Positions 13,424 to 13,468 of a stretch of 13,468 nucleotides of DNA are shown here, piece by piece. A program made the position numbers and the translations under genes. Source of the stretch: Candidatus Iainarchaeum sp. (GTDB taxonomy: Archaea > Iainarchaeota > Iainarchaeia > Iainarchaeales > CSSED10-239); the NCBI GenBank assembly GCA_003559395.1, contig PWLL01000016.1:1-13468 (forward strand). Direction: 5' to 3'. Below the pieces are notes generated by a model. The model ran no database searches and had not been told where the DNA came from. It was given only the letters and a program-made list of their open reading frames with translations. How positions within the stretch are numbered: the stretch's first letter is position 1; every line of letters begins with the position of its first letter.

Positions 13424-13468
13424 CTAACAACCAATAGACTTTAGAAACTCTTCGTTCATGTCTGATGG
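13424..13468 (-). CDS. Possible 3' end of a minus-strand gene running off the window (..PSDMNEEFLKSIGC*)
   Basis: The minus-strand frame is open from the window edge to TAG (13426-13424) and is followed on that strand by a long oligo-T tract (the complement of the A-rich 13381-13414). Only 14 codons are visible, so identity cannot be assessed. Confidence 0.25.
   Translation of the reverse strand, partial: PSDMNEEFLKSIGC

Noticed and set aside
499-13468. A DGR template repeat, reverse transcriptase or Avd gene elsewhere in the window
   Set aside because: No second sequence resembling 376-480 is visible, and there is no other GC-rich patch of that kind. No ORF shows RT motifs of the YxDD type. 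If the DGR exists, its core lies outside this window.
1-13468. CRISPR arrays, tRNA or rRNA genes, transposases, integrases, or toxin-antitoxin or restriction-type defence genes
   Set aside because: No regularly spaced direct repeats, no cloverleaf-capable GC-rich segments and no ORFs with recognisable motifs of these classes were seen on either strand.

Overview
The window is AT-rich, roughly 30% GC by eye. Its gene content is archaeal: aIF5A with the hypusine-loop motif, archaeal/eukaryal-type PheRS alpha and beta, an Sm-like protein, Alba, enolase and an archaeal MinD-type ATPase. The Lys/Asn/Ile-rich proteins, tight gene packing and GGTGA-type ribosome-binding sites fit a small-genome, possibly DPANN-like, archaeon; that taxonomic call is inference. 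I found no rRNA, tRNA, CRISPR array, transposase or integrase. Most of the window is housekeeping, but three places stand out. (1) At the left edge, a 5'-truncated gene for a C-type-lectin/FGE-sulfatase-fold protein ends in a 105-nt block (about 376-480) that is 66% GC and adenine-poor, with codon usage completely different from the rest of the gene. Its position and pattern are those of a diversity-generating retroelement (DGR) variable region. No template repeat or reverse transcriptase is in the window. (2) A tightly packed same-strand cluster (5522-9043) encodes an NYN/LabA-like nuclease domain protein, an orphan 172-aa protein, a Roadblock/LC7-like 148-aa protein, a MinD ATPase with a bacterial-MinD-like amphipathic C-terminal tail, an Sm protein and a membrane-anchored charged protein. 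This may be an uncharacterised ATPase-positioning module. (3) A 484-aa orphan on the minus strand (11747-13201) shows, by eye, colinear but degenerate family-B DNA polymerase landmarks without an exonuclease domain. It may be a miniaturised, inactivated PolB-like protein. Smaller observations are an unlisted 50-aa membrane ORF, a HAD-like protein with a destroyed catalytic motif overlapping enolase, and several hairpins. All homology statements come from motif recognition by eye and need profile or structure searches.
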